Source: Hormiphora californensis (Eukaryota; Animalia; Ctenophora). Taken from it: DNA of 64,000 nucleotides. Every line of letters starts with the position of its first letter. Positions within the stretch are counted from its first letter, which is position 1. The notes under the pieces were generated by a model that saw nothing but the letters and a program-made list of their open reading frames with translations, had not been told where the DNA came from and searched no databases. The position numbers and the translations under genes were made by a program. Positions 57,905-64,000 of the stretch are shown here, piece by piece. Where the stretch lies: NCBI GenBank assembly GCA_020137815.1, contig CM035356.1, positions 4,774,001 to 4,838,000 on the forward strand. Direction: 5' to 3'.

Positions 57905-59776
57905 TTGTTAATATCATCATTAGAGATAGGCGTTGTCTCATATTGGATGAAACTTAAAGACGACTCTAAAGTAAATTGGAGCGGGGGATTGACCCCCCCC
58001 CCCCCCTAGCATACATATAATACGCTATATAATGAGCTTTGCCTGGGTGCAATTTCATCAGGAGACGCCATGTGCAGCAAAGAGAGGGGGAGTTTAAAGC
58101 TATAGCTGAATGGAAATTATTATGAAAAAGATAGGAGCTGGTATAATGGGCTAGGAGCTGGTATAATGCAATATATGCGAATATGTGGGAATATTACATG
58201 ATGAAGGGGGTCTGCTGCAGCTTCGATCTAGTACAATTATAAGTATGCTAAGCTCTGGTCCTCTCGGGAGCTTTGGGGGCTTTCTAAAGGAAGCAACGAT
58301 CGAGGCGTGCTTCTGAAAGAAAAGGGGAAGAGAGTGAGGGAGAATGGGGAGAGAAAGTTTCACGTTCTCTCCCCATTCTCACTCACTGAAAGAAAAGGAG
58401 AAATAGATTGAGAAAGACATAAAGATTGAGCCTTGGATAGAGATGTTTGGGGGAGAGGGGCGTAGAGCACACAGAGAGAAAAAAGAGGGAGAACTCTAGT
58501 GAGCAGGGTATTCAATCACACTACTATGCTAGGGTAACACGTGATAAAAAGAGGGAGAGAGAGGATCAGAGAGGAGAGAAAGGAGTGAGAGAGAGAGGAG
58601 TGAGAGAGAGGAGTGAGAGAGAGAGAGAGCGATAGAGAGAGAGAGAGAGATACAGGAAGACAGTAAAGCGAGTAGAATGATCAGAAAATAGCGAGAAAAG
58701 AGAGAAGGGTATGTTGAAAAAAGGCGATGATCGAGAATGAACGTTTACAAGTAGTAAGCGGAAAGGAACGGAGTGAGAAAGAGAGGGGGAGAGAGAGAGA
58801 GAGAGGAGAGAGGGAGAAAATAGATAGAGATAGCATAAGAGAGATTAAGAGAGAAAGCTATAGGGGCGGTAGAAAGCTATTGCACTGTATGCGGGGGATG
58901 TATGCAGCGGGGATCAACACCTGTTTCACAGTGATCTTATACCACTAGGCTCCCTAGTTGCTCAACCTACACACACTTTTATAGTAGCATGCACCCTGTT
59001 TTTAGGAATATGAGATCTAGAGAGAGAGAACAGTGTTCTAGTAGCAGAGGTCCTGTTCTCAGGTTCTCTCTGCCTCGATCTGATTGCTCTCAGCTAATGA
59101 AAGCCCTAGGGAGCTCAAGAGTCAATTAAGTCAAAACTTCTATAACAATTGACCCCATGAGGTTGTGCCCCGGTTTGAACTGTGAACAAGATAAAGCGAC
59201 CTTTTTCGACCCACTCATCCCGATCCCTCACCTCCCCGTCCCCCTCCCGGTTTGATCGAAACAAGCGGTACAATCTACTCAGATAGGTAGGTAAGATAAG
59301 GTGAATGAAGCAAGGTCAATGAAGCAAGGATGCTAATGGATGGGTGGAGCCTGGCCAAGCATACTACATGCAAGGGTGGAGCACTATAACACATGTTCTA
59401 AAGGGCGGGGCTATGTTTAGAGATATATTCATGAAGAGATAATTAGAATACTACAATTAAATCTGAATTCTAAGACAGTTTCGATAGAGATTAGAGAATA
59501 TCATTGTGACATACCCTAACCCAATCGATATATGATAAATCATTCTTTCAGAGCCCCCGCCCTTAAGCCCTTTCAGAGCCCCGGGGCTCTAAAGATCTCT
59601 CTATACTTTCAAAGGCACGTGTGTGTGTGTGTGTGTGTGCTTGTGCCTACTATAATGTCAATGCTACCAAAAAGAGAGACCTAGTTAACTAGTCCAGCTC
59701 CCATCTCTCCACGCTCTAATACCACAACAAGTGGGGCTACCTGGTACAAAAAGTATTGAACAATAGACAAGTCTAT

Positions 59777-61948
59777 GGCAATTTTGCATTTGCGGGCATC
59801 GCACTATAGACGCAGTACCCACGTACTATAGAAGCATTATAAACGCATTATAAACGCATTATAGACGCATTATAGACACACGCAATATAGACGCAATTTC
59901 GTAAGCAGCACTATAGACGCAATATAGACGCATTATAACAGCAATATAAACGCATTTTTATAGACGCGACGCAGTATAGCCGCATTATAGGCGCACTACC
60001 CACCCCAAAATCACCTTATAGACGCACTATAGACGCATTATAGACTGACTATAGCAGCACCATAAACGCTACATAGACCCATATAGACGCATGATAGAAG
60101 CATTATAGACGCAAATCGCTTTTTATAGACCCCGCTGGCTCAGATAGACGCACGGCGCGCTCAAACAATTTGCACTGGTCTATTGGGCCGTGCACTGCCG
60201 TGAGTTTGTGTCTCGATAGACGCACGCCCTCTGACAGATTTGTGTAAAGATCACCAAGAATCACTGGAAACACGATAAAATGACATGACAACACAAGAGG
60301 GAGTGTGTGTACAACCTACAACACTCTCTGTCTAGATTTGGCGCCCGCCAGTCTGTTGCAACTGTTGCTCATGACCCACAATTAACTGTAATCTCTCTCT
60401 GCATTCCACCCTTTGAAACTGTTACGACGATTGTTACGAGTGTGTAGGAATGTAGAGAGGCACTCTGTAGCTTCATTTCTAACTGTTTGACCCGTTTTGT
60501 GTGAGCTCTCTCTGTGTCAACCACCTAATTTGTGCTTGTTTTGCTTCTAGGTGCCCGCCAGCGGGGTCTATAGAACACAACTCCCTCCCTAACGTGCAGA
60601 TATACCTGTAAACCCCTCGCTGACGCTCGGGATTTACAGGGCTGTAACGCACGGGTCCCTTCGGGACCCGTGCATTACAGCTCAATAGACGCACTGCTCT
60701 GCAGTGCGTCTATTGAATAGATGCACGCGCGGGAGGGAGTTATGTACTATATAGACGCCGCGTCTATAAAAAACGTGCTTTTTAAAGAAGCACTTTAGAC
60801 GTACTCCAGGATACAGTGCGATATTTGAGGCGCAGTTGGACGTTTTATAAACGCATTTTTGTCGCATATAAAAGGAAGCAGTATAGACGCATTATAGACG
60901 CATTATAGCCGCATGTGTGCGAAATCGATAAAGACGCAATATAGACGCAAAATAAAAAGGAGAGGGAGAGAGAGGGAGGGAGGGAGGGAGAGGGAAGGAG
61001 AGGGAAAGAGAGGGATCAGGGACTGAGGGAGGGGTACAGGGACAGAAACAGACGGATAAAGACCTGAGACAGAAGGACAGAGTAAGATGGAAAGAGAGTA
61101 AGATGGAAAGATAGTGATATAGGGACGGAGTGAGAGAGAAAAAGAGTGATACAGAAAAAGACAGAGATGGAAACAAACGGACAGAGACAGACGGACGGAC
61201 AAACACGCGCTTACTATCTCCCTCTCTGTCTCACTCTTTCTCCACTCTCCATCTTAATCTCTCTCCATCTTACTCTGTCCGTCTGTCTCAGATCTGTGTC
61301 CATCTGTCTCTGTCTGATCTGTCTCTGTATCCCTCCCTCTTTCCCTCTCCTTCCCTCTCCCTCCCTCCCTCCCTCCCTCCCTCTAGTCTCTCTCCCTCTC
61401 CTTCTTATTAATTGCGTCTATATTGCGTCTTTATCGATTTCGTGCACATGCGTCTATAATGCGTCTATACTGCTTCCTTTTATATGCGACAAAAATGCGT
61501 TTATAGTTCGCCCAACTGCGCCTCAAATATGGCAGCGTGCGTCTGAGTACGTCTATAGTGCTTCTTAAAAAAGCACGTTTTTTATAGACGCGGCGTCTAT
61601 AAAAAGCGATTTGCGTCTATAATGCTTCTATCATGCGTCTATATGGGTCTATGTAGCGTTTATGGTGCTGCTATAGTCAGTCTATAATGCGTCTATAGTG
61701 CGTCTATAAGGTGATTTTGGGGTGGGTAGTGCGCCTATAATGCGGCTATACTGCGTCGCGTCTATAAAAATGCGTTTATATTGCTGTTATAATGCGTCTA
61801 TATTGCGTCTATAGTGCTGCTTACGAAATTGCGTCTATATTGCGTGTGTCTATAATGCGTCTATAATGCGTTTATAATGCGTTTATAATGCGTCTATAGT
61901 ACGTGGGTACTGCGTCTATAGTGCGATGCCCGCAAATGCAAAATTGCC
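59777..61948. mobile_element. 2.2-kb foldback element, GG...CC termini, 9-bp TSD (Mutator-like)
   Basis: ~350-bp TIRs built from TATAGACGCA units; second internal inverted pair (~60750-61110 / 61260-61600); TSD CAAGTCTAT. Confidence 0.85.
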
Positions 61949-63208
61949 CAAGTCTATACGGAGTTACAATAAAAACAATTACTGATCTGCAGTAGAACCA
62001 ATTTATGTTTCACGTTTAATTGATTGAATAACTCAAATCGATGGTAACAACACTTGGCGTATTGGCGTAAATGAGAAAGGAGATAATTTTTAGTGTATAT
62101 ATCTTTTTTTCTGTCAGTTTCACTGTTTTTCAGGCAAATGAACCCACTGAATGCATGCACAGATCACGTACATGATCTTGTATCTGCACTTTAATAGGTT
62201 CTTATTGGGTAACAACAACACATGGTAGTACGTGGTCAACTGGCTGTGACCCCTTACTCAACAACTAACCAACTGGCTGTTCATGTTTTTCTCATTAATG
62301 TTAAAACCAGGCGGGTCCAGAGCAATGCAATCAACAAGGGCCGGGGACATATTATAGGGTCACGCTCACAAGAACCTGCATCGCTTCATACACAGCAGCA
62401 GAGTCAAAGGATGAACTGTAGCCGATTGTAACAAGGTAAAAGAGATGAAATGGGGATCACTGAAACGTATAGATGGAACGAGACACATGTGTAATTGTAG
62501 TGCAGGATCATATAGATCATGACATCACATCACTTGTACACTGCACACGTGCACATGCTGCTGCAGATGGTACGTGACGTAGCGGGGATATTATAAGGAG
62601 GGGGGCTGGGGGAGAGCACTCCCGTAACTAGTCCGTGATAGTAATTAGAACGGTCCAAGCTGATAATACTTGAATTAATCCGCTCTTGCGTCTAAGAATA
62701 AATGTATTTTCTCACATAATGTGAACATCATGTGGTCATATACTGACTAATACGTCATCTTGACAGCTTTGTAATTACATTTATAATTATTTAAACATTT
62801 ATAATAACATCAGCTATATGGAGGAAATCTAGTTCTTGTACTGTGCATTCCTGTATTGGTGTACTATTCGTGATGAACAAAAACCTAAGATAACTTGCAG
62901 ATACATTTCATTGCAATATTGGTTACATCTAAATTCTTAACTAACCAACTAAACTCTTGACTCATATAAGACCGTCCTCAATTCCCACCGGGCCGGGGTG
63001 TGATGTATAACAGTCAGTGCCTGACAACTAAACTCATGGACTATGTTCATGTTCCTATAATTAAATTAATTGCCAAACTATGGGGTGAATTATATTGTCA
63101 TTGTACCCAATAGGGGTTAATGCCCATGGCAACCGTTCGGCGTTCACGCCCATGGCAACCGCTCTTATCAAATCAAATAAAAAATGGTATGTTAATAGTT
63201 ATTGTTAC

Positions 63209-63320
63209 CTGAACCTGATCCTCCACCTGCATCTTCCTCAACTTTCTGCTTAACTTTCCCATCTTTAGTCACGTGATAAACCATCTCAGGGGGCTCCCAC
63301 TTTCTAGCTTTCCTTGGCAT
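63209..63320 (-). CDS. Probable isolated coding exon (MPRKARKWEPPEMVYHVTKDGKVKQKVEEDAGGGSGS)
   Basis: ATG, open frame and CAG|GTAAC donor; downstream partner exon not identified. Confidence 0.35.
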
Positions 63321-63657
63321 CTTGTACTGTTGCTATTGACAACCCTTCGTTGCTATGGGTGACTGTTAAACTCTGCTTCACTTTAGTTATGAATTAGTTA
63401 CCAGATTGGTCGACACAAATTATCACAATAGCACAAAGGAGAAATGGTATGATTCAAACTGTGAAGCAACTGTTATTGTATATCTGCCTATAAAAAGCAC
63501 TGAAACAATAGTGCATCTTCGGGAGTGATAAAATTAATGAGAAAAGGAAAATAGAGGGAGAATCTGGGAGAGATGTTTTTTTAAAGCCGGCAGCTACGAA
63601 AATGAGTGCGAATCAAAGAGAACAAAACAATGAAGTCTGAGATGAAAAAGGGATGGA

Positions 63658-63780
<123 letters not shown>

Positions 63781-64000
63781 GAGAGAGTGAAAGAGAGAGA
63801 ACGGAAACAGGAAAAACAAGGCCTGTACTTACTACAACAAGTCATGACAAAGTTCAAACAAATTTAGTTCTTCCAAGGACAGGTATTTTAGTTGTATTTT
63901 AATTAGACTGCAGTAGTATCCGACAGCATAATAAATGATGATGGCATTCAATGTGACATATATGATGAGGTACAGGACCCGTCCTATAAACAATGAAATA

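Overview
Eukaryotic (metazoan) genomic DNA with short GT-AG introns, abundant (CT/AG)n microsatellites, intronic minisatellites, many MITEs and one 100-N assembly gap. Gene style (genes nested in introns, AG acceptors just before start codons, lineage-type GPCR) suggests a ctenophore-like genome; this is inference. Genes reconstructed by hand with exon phases checked: ABCG8-like half-transporter (-, runs off the left edge) with a nested SRCR-like receptor (+); CSTF3/CstF-77 (-); ANKEF1 (+, 16 exons) whose introns hold a nested GPCR (-), a hAT element, foldback elements and a 5'-truncated LOA-like LINE; an astacin-EGF-MAM-like protease (-); a RhoGAP-like gene (+); and a large low-complexity gene (-) with homopolymer frameshifts. 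The strongest unexplained pattern is that tandem repeats are anchored on splice signals. Several are duplicated splice junctions whose units read GT...AG, and several intronic minisatellites are amplified branch-point/polypyrimidine motifs. A possible trans-spliced CSTF3-ABCG8 operon and a tiny CAG-ended MITE that recreates a splice acceptor are also noted.
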